NCBI RefSeq assembly: GCF_964355755.1
Contig: NC_092673.1
Location: 992,001-1,056,000 of the forward strand
Source: Antedon mediterranea
Taxonomy: Eukaryota; Animalia; Echinodermata
Length of the DNA stretch: 64,000 bases
Reading direction: 5' to 3'
Shown: in pieces, positions 14,901-25,400 of the stretch
Layout of the letters: the number at the start of each line of letters is the position of its first letter
How positions within the stretch are numbered: position 1 is the first letter of the stretch
The notes under the pieces: generated by a model
Told to the model about the DNA's origin: nothing
Databases searched by the model: none
Seen by the model: the letters and a program-made list of their open reading frames with translations, nothing else
Program-made: the position numbers and the translations under genes

Positions 14901-17900
14901 AGGAGTTGTAGCTCAGTGGTTAAGATATCTGGCAGCCCAATCAACATACAAAGTATCCAACAGGAGTTGTAGCTCAGTGGTTAAGATATCTGGTCACCCA
15001 AACAACATACAAAGTATCCAACAGGAGTTGTAGCTCAGTGGTTAAGATATCTGCAGCCCAATCAACATACAAAGTATCCAACAGGAGTTGTAGCTCAGTG
15101 GTTAAGATATCTGGCAGCCCAATCAACATACAAAGTATCCAACAGGAGTTGTAGCTCAGTGGTTAAGATATCTGGTCACCCAAACAACATACAAAGTATC
15201 CAACAGGAGTTGTAGCTCAGTGGTTAAGATATCTGGCAGCCCAATCAACATACAAAGTATCCAACAGGAGTTGTAGCTCAGTGGTTAAGATATCTGGTTA
15301 CCCAAACAACATACAAAGTATCCAACAGGAGTTGGAGCTCAGTGGTTAAGATATCTGGCAGCCCAATCAACATACAAAGTATCCAACAGGAGTTGTAGCT
15401 CAGTGGTTAAGATATCTTGGCCACCCAAACAACATACAAAGTATCAAACAGGAGTTGTAGCTCAGTGGTTAAGATATCTGATACAGATACAGATACAGAT
15501 TCATTTATTGTCCAAAATAATAATGGAAATTACAGTGCTCATAAACCTTGGCTTGCCGAAAATAAATATAAATATAAGGGGGACTATCTAACAAATGTTT
15601 TGTTATAATGCCTTATCCCAGCTGGGTAGAACGAGTACTTGTAACGGTCCGTCTGCGCATTCACCGTCCTCATCCTACCACTTCTAACGATAACGGAGCC
15701 GATAATGTCCTTATGAAGAGGATGGTTGGTGTCTTCCAATATAGTATGGAACACATCGGCAAGATGTTCGCTGTAGAAAGAGTCGAGCGTTTGCACAGAC
15801 GAACCAATTACTTTCCCCGCTCTACCCAGCACCTTTTCAATTCGGTCTGGCAGCCCAATCAACATACAAAGTATCCAACAGGAGTTGTAGCTCAGTGGTT
15901 AAGATATCTGGCCGCCCAATCCCTAGTTTTGGATTCAAATACTGTAGTCAGATTTCAGGATTTGGCCCGAGCCCTCTCTAAATTATTTTGCAAATGGTTA
16001 TGCAAAAGATAGGACATAAAATTAAGCTCAGCCATTCATTGGACAATTTTTAGGCAATTTGCCTCATCTATTTCAAAATCCTGGATCCACCACTGATTTC
16101 CAAAGACTAAAAAACTCTACTCCCAAAGTTATAAGACTTTGTTTGCATCTTATGTATATATCTCTTCTTTTAACCGAAATAATAATTGTATTTAACTACA
16201 GTACTGTGTCAGGGAGATGTGTAATTGGTCAGATGATTGCCATACTCTTACATAATTCTGTATTTTATAGTATGGAATAAAGTACAGAATTATGTCATAA
16301 AGGGAAAACATCTGACCAAAATTGCCACATTTAAGAATGTTGTGAATTAATTCACTTACGGTCATCCTATGCAATTTTCTTAGAAATAAAAAGAAATAGT
16401 TTGATACGAATAAATTACAAGTAATGAATATGGTTACCAACTTACCTCTGGAACGCAGAGCCTAACACAAATGCACATGCCTCTTTCATTTCTGGTTCGG
16501 TGTCATTGAGGCCTTTCACCAGCATTTTAAAACCATTGATACTTTCTAGATTTTGCGCATTATCAATCTAGATGGAAAAATAACATAGTGGCAAATCTAA
16601 GACAATTTTAACCAAATCTGATAAACAAAGATGTAGTGTCATTGAATTTGTTATTTATTGTCTTGTCACTATTTCAGTGGATATATTAGTATTATCATCT
16701 GTATATGACATGCGTACATAATATGGCTGAAATTAGAAAGAATTTACCCAGATTTCATTACATTACCAATTGATTTACTAAAGTTTTATGTCCAAATCTA
16801 TCTAAATTGGGGGATGGGATTAATATTTATTGTTATCAGATATGTTAACATTTTTGTTTTCTTCTAGTTGAGAATTGAACTCTACCTGATGGACATAGTA
16901 TTCCAAGTCGTGCAATACATTAATTTTCTGTTCTAAACTAGCGCCCTCTTCCTTGAACTGATCAACAAGACGTTGCATGATTTCTGTGTCTGTTTCAACT
17001 TTGACATTCATTGCTTTAAAATCTTGTTTCAGCTCCTCATATGATCGGTATTTTTCTTGTAGTTTCTCAGCCTAAACAGAAAAGGAGTTAACATTAATTA
17101 TATATCTAAAATGTCTTATCTTAGCAGTATGAAGTCAATATAGCAGATCTGAAGCTACTAACACATTCAGGACCCCATAGTATTGTTATTAAAGTATAAC
17201 TTAAACTCTGTCTTCACTATCAAATTTTATGTGACAAAAAAAATGTGATGTGCCCATATATGGACACTATGAAGTCATATCACTATCATATTTTGGAATA
17301 TCACAACCATATTTTTTGTCAAACTGGTTTGATAGTGTAGACAGAGCTTTAAATGGGGATTTATTTGAACCTTTCCTCCTTTTCAATTGCACTGTAATGT
17401 ATATTGTATATATATATAAATGTACACAAACAGAGGTCATAAATATAAATTGAAAAAGAATAATGCTCGATTAAATTGCTTTGGTCATTTTTTACCCAAA
17501 ATTAACGAGTCGTAAATTCATGGAATGCTCTCTGCCAGTACAGTAGAAGTCGACACAACTATACTATTTAAAAGACAATTTCAGAAGACGAGGAAGGCTA
17601 ATACAGGGCCACGACCTGCCCACCTGCCTCTTGCACCACTCATTTAGAGTGGTGTACGGTGAGTTACAATTATATAGGCACTAATGTTAGGCTTTATTAC
17701 CTCTTCTTTGTTTTTGACATCATCCATTCCAGATTTAAAGTTCTTGAGTGCATTTTTCAGATCATCTTTGGAGACTCTGCGTTCACCAAAATTAATCTCA
17801 CTTTCATCTCTGTTATAATCTTTTAAATATTTCATCTTCTCTGTTTCCATATCAACAGATTCTTCAACTTCTCCATTTTCTTCTCCTTCCTCTCTTACAA

Positions 17901-18576
17901 CTTGTAGACTGCTTCCTGCACTGCTGTTGTCATCTTCAGGATCCAGGAACTTTGCTTCTTTGATTCCTGTCTGGAAATCCATCCTGATGTGAAGGCCAGG
18001 AGGTATAGATTGTCCTACAATAAAATGCACATTTTCCTTTTATATATCGAACAGTGGCATAAAACATTTATAGGGAAAGAATAGCATCAGGTTAAGTTGA
18101 TTTTTATTTTATGTCAGATTGAATGAATTCAATGGGACACATCAAACAATACAAGTGTTATTTGATTAATATTATTAACTTTATTAAAGGACGTTGACAT
18201 TTACGTGAGCAAGTATGTCAACTTCAAGTTACACCATCACTACAAAAGGGAAAATTAGATTTTCTTTTAATCCTTTGCACATATAAAACAAATAATGAAA
18301 TAAATAATTGAATAATTTACCTGGTTTTATCACTTGCCATTCGTGTGTTGGTTGAAACATTTCTACAGGACCGCCCTCAGAAATTTTCGAATCAATAGCA
18401 AGATCGTCGATTGGTTTGGTTTCAACCTCCCTCTTTTCATCATTAGTGTTGACGCTCAGAACGGCAGAAGGATTTAAAGAATCATCATTACCAAGTACAG
18501 AAACATAACAAGAGATGGCAAACAAGTGTACCATACAGATGTGGAAGATACTCAAGCTTAGGTTTCCTTTATGCAT
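8687..18576 (-). CDS. SIL1: Nucleotide exchange factor SIL1 (spliced, 7 coding exons, 497 aa)
   Basis: join(18576-18321, 18014-17701, 17071-16886, 16567-16446, 13517-13250, 12873-12800, 8960-8687) = 1494 nt, GT-AG introns, consistent phases. Hydrophobic N-terminus and SIL1 motifs [89 protein letters not shown]. Confidence 0.95.
9219..9426. repeat. Tandem repeat, 52 bp x4 (SIL1 last intron)
   Basis: TGGAAGATGTCTGTGAGAAGCCATACTAAGTGAGAGTGAGGCTTAATGAATA. Confidence 0.92.
10698..10836. mobile_element. Dispersed repeat, probable MITE end
   Basis: AAGGCCAATTTACA...TAATAAAAATATAGAATCTA...ATTTACACACAACG matches the reverse complement of 57391-57530. Confidence 0.65.
12800..12873 (-). CDS. SIL1: SIL1 coding exon 6
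   Basis: ttacag / NSAQETVDNDPSDTVARQRLEQYN / gtaagt; 74 nt, phase 0 to 2. Confidence 0.85.
13250..13517 (-). CDS. SIL1: SIL1 coding exon 5
   Basis: tttcag / NPKVQIQGIEEGAMTLLLR...DLVVEH / gtaagt. Confidence 0.92.
14821..15480 (+). repeat. 61-bp tandem array derived from a tRNA-like SINE head (11 copies here, a 12th after the LINE)
   Basis: Unit AACATACAAAGTATCCAACAGGAGTTGTAGCTCAGTGGTTAAGATATCTGGCAGCCCAATC contains the Pol III A box TAGCTCAGTGG. Confidence 0.92.
15481..15846 (-). mobile_element. 5'-truncated LINE (ORF2 C-terminus, 3' UTR and (ATCTGT)n tail)
   Basis: Translation HPLH...RSGRMRTVNAQTDRYKYSFYPAGIRHYN is typical of CR1/Rex1-group ORF2 C-termini. AATAAA is followed by a microsatellite tail. 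It interrupts the 61-bp array with TCTG on both sides. Confidence 0.85.
15861..15945 (+). mobile_element. tRNA-derived SINE head remnant (source copy of the array)
   Basis: A box TAGCTCAGTGG followed by a degenerate B box GGATTCAAATAC. Confidence 0.6.
16446..16567 (-). CDS. SIL1: SIL1 coding exon 4
   Basis: atctag / IDNAQNLESINGFKMLVKGLNDTEPEMKEACAFVLGSAFQ / gtaag. Confidence 0.92.
16886..17071 (-). CDS. SIL1: SIL1 coding exon 3
   Basis: gtttag / [18 protein letters not shown]...LEYYVHQ / gtagag. Confidence 0.92.
17205..17348. mobile_element. MITE family A, copy 2
   Basis: Same TIRs as 1250-1409; TTAA on both flanks. Confidence 0.85.
17701..18014 (-). CDS. SIL1: SIL1 coding exon 2
   Basis: ttgtag / [21 protein letters not shown]...KNKEE / gtaata. 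Confidence 0.92.
18321..18576 (-). CDS. SIL1: SIL1 coding exon 1 (signal peptide)
   Basis: MHKGNLSLSIFHICMVHLFAISCYVSVLG...[12 protein letters not shown] / gtaaat. An acceptor 4 nt before the ATG implies an upstream non-coding exon (candidate donor at 18921). Confidence 0.9.
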
Positions 18577-19019
18577 ACTTCTAAAACAAAGTTTGTATGT
18601 ATACTTTTAGGAATTACTTTTATATATAGATAGACAACTATGAATGAACTTAAATATCCTTAAAATTATTAATTAATATTATTTAGTTTCTAATAGTAAT
18701 ACACTAATTTCTGAGCCTAGTAGGCCTATATATTCTGCAGGCTCTAACAAATCTAGCCTACCTAGCTGGTAGAGTGACACCCTTAGTTGGACTACTATCT
18801 AGGCCTAGCTAGAAGAATCGCCTAGCCTCCCAGCCAGCAGGACTCCGAGGCTTACGACGAGACTGAGAGGCCTAACTAGATTTTTAAGCTGGGCCTACTT
18901 ACTACCTATAAAATACTAACCTTATATGTAGTATGTATCAGTGAGACAAAACAACTTATCTTATACTTAATTAATACTTTTTTCAGGTTTTATAAAGGGT
19001 TATTAAGACAATTTGTAAC

Positions 19020-19312
19020 ATACAGGTTCCCACACGTGTACTTGTTGTTGGTACACGTCATAACAACGTTGACCCGACCATATGACCTGTACTTAAAGAG
19101 TATATTTGTAATACAGAAATCACATTAATTCAATATTATTTTAATAGCTATATAATTAATAATAATGTATCTAATAATGTAAAAATTTAAATTTATATTT
19201 TTGTATTTAAAATATAAAGTATAATTTAATAAAAAAAATGGTAATATAAAAGTGTAGAATAGTGGCCATTATGAAATTTGCATAAAACGAAGCACATGTT
19301 CCTTTTTTAGTG
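19020..19312. promoter_or_regulatory. Putative bidirectional promoter, SIL1 / NPM-like
   Basis: Lies between divergent genes. E-box CACGTG 19033-38, TGACGTG (minus) 19054-60, AT-rich core, octamer ATTTGCAT 19276-83, CACATG 19293-98, TCT-like TCCTTTTT 19300-07. Confidence 0.55.
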
Positions 19313-19412
19313 AAGACCAGAGTTCGTTGTGTTGACAGTTTCAAATAACAGTTTTTGGCTAATTTTGTAGACTATTTAATTTTGTTTGTTAATCCCTTTA
19401 AAAAAAATTAAA

Positions 19413-19440
19413 ATGGCAATGAACAAAGAATATTTTTGGG
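19413..19440 (+). CDS. NPM1-like: NPM-like exon 1
   Basis: MAMNKEYFW + G / gtaagt. Confidence 0.9.
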
Positions 19441-22400
19441 GTAAGTTAAAAGGTGAAATGCAATGTGGTATCGTTTTTATTAATTCTAAATTTTTCCAAC
19501 TGGCTCGTCTTCAAGAATGGTGGCCACTCGCTCTCTGCTGCTGGGCCGGATGCATGATGATGCAGCATGCTTGCTCTACACTGATGAGACAGGTGGTTTG
19601 GTCAGTCTGCAGGATAGCAAATAATGGCAGACTTTTTAATGGCATTGCTCTGATCCAAGCTATAATATTTAGCTATATAATCCATTCTGACCCAAACAGA
19701 GTTTTCAATAAACTGAATGTTTGTAAATGTGTATCATTCATGTGTTTGCCATCCATCATTGACATTGGATTGTGCAATTTTTGCATCAATTACAGAAATC
19801 ATAATTATATAGGCATAGCAAGGAAGGATTTGCGCAATATTTGTTAATTGCATGAATGGTGATAAAAAGCTTGCGCAACGCATAACTGAAATGATGAGTA
19901 CAACATTTGCTTGTTGTTTTTCCTCTTTCTCATCATGCATTGTGCAATTGATGCTTTCTCACGATTATCCGCTTGCTATCTTCGAAAAAAGTTTTGCGCA
20001 TTCATCAGACATTGGCATCTACGTCATTAATAGACTTTGTTGTAATTTTAAATACTGATGTTAACAAATTACAAATTTTACTTATGCCATGGGTAGGAAG
20101 ACCAGTTTTACAGTATTTATATAGTTTGGAGAACAAATAGAACAGCTATAGATGTGTATGATAAATTAGAAAGTTGTTTTTCTAGACCTATTTTGCAAAT
20201 TTGATATTTTAATAAGTATTAAAATGTTATTTATATTCCAGCTGCCCAACTAAGTAAGAAAAAACAGACAATTACTTGGAACCCAACGATTGGAGATGAA
20301 GATGATGATGATAGTTTTGATGAGAGTTCCGTCCAACACTTCTTATTTCTAAAGCAGGTATTGTAACTGCTTGTTATACAAGTACAGGTTACCAGATTAT
20401 CTAATTCATGCACAGCTTCATTAAATACCTACAGTATGGTCCATCCCACTTCACATCCCCTAACCCTACTTTAGACATCCTTAAAAAAAAAATTGTATAA
20501 TCTGAAACCTTATTAAAATACCAATCCCTTTGCTTTTCCATGCCTTTTATTATTAAAACATGTGATTCAGTTTTTGCAAGGACTCCTTTATACAACTAAA
20601 TATCAAGTTTACAATCAAAATTAATAGGATTAACGGTACAATTAATTCATGAGGTCATTTCTCAAATGATACTGGGTTTGGTATACTAGTGTTCTCGTCA
20701 TCCATTCATAGAAACACTGATGAAGAAAGTCTATCAGGTGGTGACTACAGAATGGTTCTGGGACATGACTATACTTCTCTTTGCTTGTTTATGTTGATAC
20801 TCCAATATTTTCCTTTTTTTTTTACTTAACAGGCAGTTTTAGGTGCAGAGGTAAAAGACACTGAGAGATGTATAGTACAAGTCACATCAGAGGACATTGA
20901 TGGGGAAACCATTAAACAGCCTTTGTTTTCACTTAAACTTGGACTTAATGAATGTGTACGTAAAACAACCACAAATGTTTAGTTACCCAAAAATACTTAT
21001 GTTTTATAAAAAAAAGAAGATTTCACATCAGCAAATTACAAAACAAATATTATCTATTTATAAAGGGAATACATAATCTTTCAAATCGACAATTAACATA
21101 ACAAATATCATCTTTTTACAAGGGAATACATGATAATGGTACCGAACTGATTGAGTTGAGTAAATCCTGCCTTGAAAACTAATTTAAAAAAAATTCAAAA
21201 TATAGTTTTATAAAAGGCCTATCTCAACATTCATTTTTTATGTTTAACAAAATACTGTCTTAAGTTAAGTACACACATGCCCTGGACATCTGACTCTATT
21301 AGAACCCTGGGGAATATAATAAACTTACTATGAAAGAAAGCATTAGTTATAGATCTTTAGTGTATGGATTACAAGTGATATCAGTTTCTGTGACTGTCTG
21401 TCTATTAAATGGCTCTCGAAACAGTCAAATCGGAAGAACTTCCAATTACTTTTTATTTTTGATATTTATTCTTTGTAAATTTACTTTAAAAAGAAAAGCA
21501 ATAAATGTTATATTTTGAATTTTAAACAATTAAATCAACTTTCCCCTTTTCTAACCCTTGCTAAAGAACATTCCTATTTGTAAATTGTTCAAATATATAC
21601 ATATTCATTCTGTCTGGATAAATAAAAAGTCTTTTGTTGTGTTGACTTATAAAAGAAGGGTGGTATTTGAAGAATTTTGGGTCACTTACCCATATTAAAC
21701 TGCTTTTCACAATGTAACACAGTTTTAAAATAAATTTATAAAAAAATTGTACATGGTATGTGCAACACTGCTCGTGCCTATATATTTTCCTTTAGGGCTA
21801 ATAGTGAAATAAACTGCTCAATTTAACACATGTTCAGCGACTAGAAATTATAAGACCTATAAAGAGTCGCCGTAATTGTCCCAAATATACCATCATCATG
21901 ATGTTGTTTATATTACTTTGTCAACGGCCGACCAATTAATTGCACTCAAAAATAATCTACAAAGACTCTATAGGCTTGCGTGACAACTAACAAGTTTTTT
22001 TAAAAGGTAGAAATTTCAGATCGCAACATGATACTCTTGCCCGAGGCCAGATCACCTGAGAGAAATAAGGATTTTGTGTGTTGTAAAAGTCTTTAAAGAA
22101 ATATAAACAGTAGAAATTGGTTTACAAAGTATTTGAACTGTTTCATGGCTAATCCTTGATACTTGTTAGGCAAACATTATCAGAAATATTTGCAATACTC
22201 TTGCTTGAATTTTTATTCTTTTCATATATCCTATTACAACGTATATTTTCAATATTGTGTATTTACCCAAGGTGTATAAAACGTGCAATAACAAAACATG
22301 TTTTGGGATCACTTTATTTGTACCCAAGCCTTTCTTGGCAAAAGTGTTCCAACCTCATATTTGACACCATAGCTTACAAAAAAATTATGTAAACTTTTCA

Positions 22401-25400
22401 CTATGATTGAGAACCTTGTTCACAAACTAAGTTTATCTACTTAAAAAACATCGTTTTTACTTAGTTACCATTGGTAACTTTTAAAAACTTCTATTCTAAA
22501 AATAATTCTATACAGAACCCTAATCCAAAAATGTCTTATTCTCGGTCTGCACTATCAAACTTATGACGAAAAAGTGTGATGTGCCCAAAAATGGTAGTGA
22601 TATGACATCATCATATCCATATATGGGCACATCACATTTTGTTGTCACATGAAGTTTGATAGTGTAGACAGAGCTTTAGGAAACAACATGTCCATTTATA
22701 ATTTAAAACTTTTATTGTAGACCACATTGGATGTAGGGTTCCAACCACCTGTTACCTTTACCTTAGTCAATGGTAGTGGTCCTGTGTATATGAGTGGACA
22801 ACATGCATTAGGTAAGTTTGCTTTAAGTTAAGTTTATGATCAATTAAAACCCAAACATTTTAAATAATTTTAAGTAAAATACCTTGTTAAAACTGTAATC
22901 ATGATTTATTTTGTTTTAATATTGTATAATATGTATTTTAACCGGACTAAATATATAAAACCACCTTGCATAAACTAAACATAAAAATGTAATATTTTTT
23001 TTCAGAATTGCAAGATGATAAACTAGATGATTTTGAGGATGAGGATGAGGATGATGTGGCAGAAGAGGAAGAAGAGGATGAACAAGTTAAAGAACTGATA
23101 GAGAATAGCAACAAAAGAAAAAGAGTATTTGATACTCCATCAGACATCAACAAAAAGAAGGTAATCTTATTTTATTTAGTTGTTGACTTATCAAGTGAAT
23201 AAAATTTGATTTACCTTTTGTTTTTATGTGCCAACACAGTTGTTAAGGTGAAAAGTTGTAATGCTCAAACACATGAGCATATACAGAGAAACACACACCA
23301 AAGCATCAACACCTGTGTTTGTAAAGCCTGTTTTCCTGTCGACGTTAGTCGACGCTATCATCGTTAATCGTTAAAAGTTCAACGACGATCGTTTGAAAAC
23401 GATCAAGTTGAAATGTTAACGATAGCGCGAACATTTGATTTCTAGCGTTGAACGTTAGAGTTGAAACTCCGGTCTTCTTTCTCGACGTCGTCGTAACGCG
23501 CAAAAATGAATAAGAGGACTCCCCTGCCTCTAGCAGTAGGCTCACAGTGTAGGACACGTGGGCCTAGGCATACTAATATCTCTATACTGATGGTTCTTCG
23601 TTTTCAGTAGGCCTATCCTAGTCCAAATAGCATTTTGGACTAGGCTGAAGACTTTGACCTACCTAATATCCCCACGCCTACTTTCCGGAACATCATTTTA
23701 TAGTAACTTTGGTAAGGCTAGGCCTAGCTTTGACCTCGCCACGATGCAACAAAAATAAATGTAGTCAGCAGAATTTGCCATCAATTATGTGACGTCATGT
23801 GCTGTATCGCCATGATGATTGGTCAGTTCTTACGTTTTAGCGTTGCGATATCGCTAGAGTTGAACTGGATTCAACTCTTGCGATTGTCAACGATCGCGAC
23901 TTGTAGCGTCGATTACCGTCGATTATTACACCTTTTCCTGTAAATCGCCGACATTTTGTATCGTCATCGTTAGTTAAAAAAGTTCCTTTTCCTGTAAATC
24001 GTTAACATTTCTATGTTTACGTTGAAGATCGCCGATTTTTGTTAACGATAGCGTCGAATAACGTTGACAGGAAAACAGGCTTAAGGTGTGCGCTCACGTC
24101 AACACCAATTCAAACTCTGGAGTTTTGCTAGGTGAAAGGGGTATTAGACTTAATTTCATAGTGTTGCATGTCATTAAAAAAAATGTGTTTGGTCTTGTAA
24201 ACAAAAACAACTGAATGTTTTTTTGTTTTTTTTTAAGCAACCAAAGCTGGACCAAAGCGCATCATCAGCAAAATCAACAGGCGACGAAGATGATGACGAA
24301 GATGAAGACGACGACGAGGACTTTGATGTGAGTTTGTTTTCACTACACTTTTAAGCATTCTCTTATGGTAGTGATATGCCCAAATATGGTAGTGATATGA
24401 CATCATGTCCATATATGGGCACATTTGTTTGTCACATAAAGTTTGATAGTGTAGACAGAGCTTTGCTTTTGGACCTTCAAAAATATCCAAGCTAAACTAC
24501 ATTCCTGAAAGAAATTTTTAAATACATTAAAATGTGATGCTACATAAGATTATAATGCAATCGTATATTTATTTCTCTACCTGTTTATACATTATAATTT
24601 AGCTTTTTTGTTTATCTTGCATCTTTCGTTGGGCTCAACTACTGTTATCCTTATTTCTTTGGATTATTATATATTTTCTCAAATGTTTAAATTTCTTTAT
24701 CAGCCTAAAGCAGTGAAAAATGATTCCAAAACAAGTGAGGAAAATGAAGATGACGATGATTTTGAAGATGTAAATATTAAAGATGAGGCTAGATGTGATA
24801 AAATGTGTTTATTTGTACTCTCATCTGTTGTCATTAATAATCAACATCTGTACTAAATGTTTATAACACTTTTTGACTTGATATTGATGTTAATAACTAG
24901 GATTAAATTATTTTGAAATTGATGTTTTATCTTTGTATGAGACAATCGCTACTATATGTCCATATGTTTTGTTGACGAAATAAAGTTATCTTATCTTGAA
25001 TTGAACAAAAATGTGGCTATACAATATGATCAATGTATTTTTTTTTTTGCAGATGGAAGATGATGATGATGATATCGATGAGAGGTATGTTTTCAAAATA
25101 CTTTGTTTAAATTTTACTTTAAATTTTTACAAAAAATCTTGTGTTTACTTGAGTTTACTGTATCAAAACATAAACTGATCATTGAATTGAGATAAAAATG
25201 TTTTTAAATGATTTTAGTGAACTCATAAGCTTTTTGTTAACACTTTGACTGCCAGAGGTTTTTCCAGTTAGAAACTGCCACCGCCAGCGTTTATAGCCCA
25301 ATTCGATGTTTTTATTAAAGCTGATTGGAACTATGTATGTGATCTGATTTACATGTAATTTAGACTAAAATAATCATAAAGATTGTAAAGCTAAAGATTT

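Noticed and set aside
14841-15945. tRNA gene cluster
   Set aside because: The units contain only the 5' portion with the A box; there is no T-arm or 3' acceptor stem.
19554-19653. Possible C/D-box snoRNA in NPM intron 1 (ATGATGA...CTGA)
   Set aside because: The terminal stem is poor and I could not recognise an rRNA/snRNA-complementary guide; it would need snoscan or Rfam.
19386-19847. 153-aa ORF as a stand-alone gene
   Set aside because: Only MAMNKEYFW is coding (NPM exon 1); the rest is intron read-through past a consensus GTAAGT donor.
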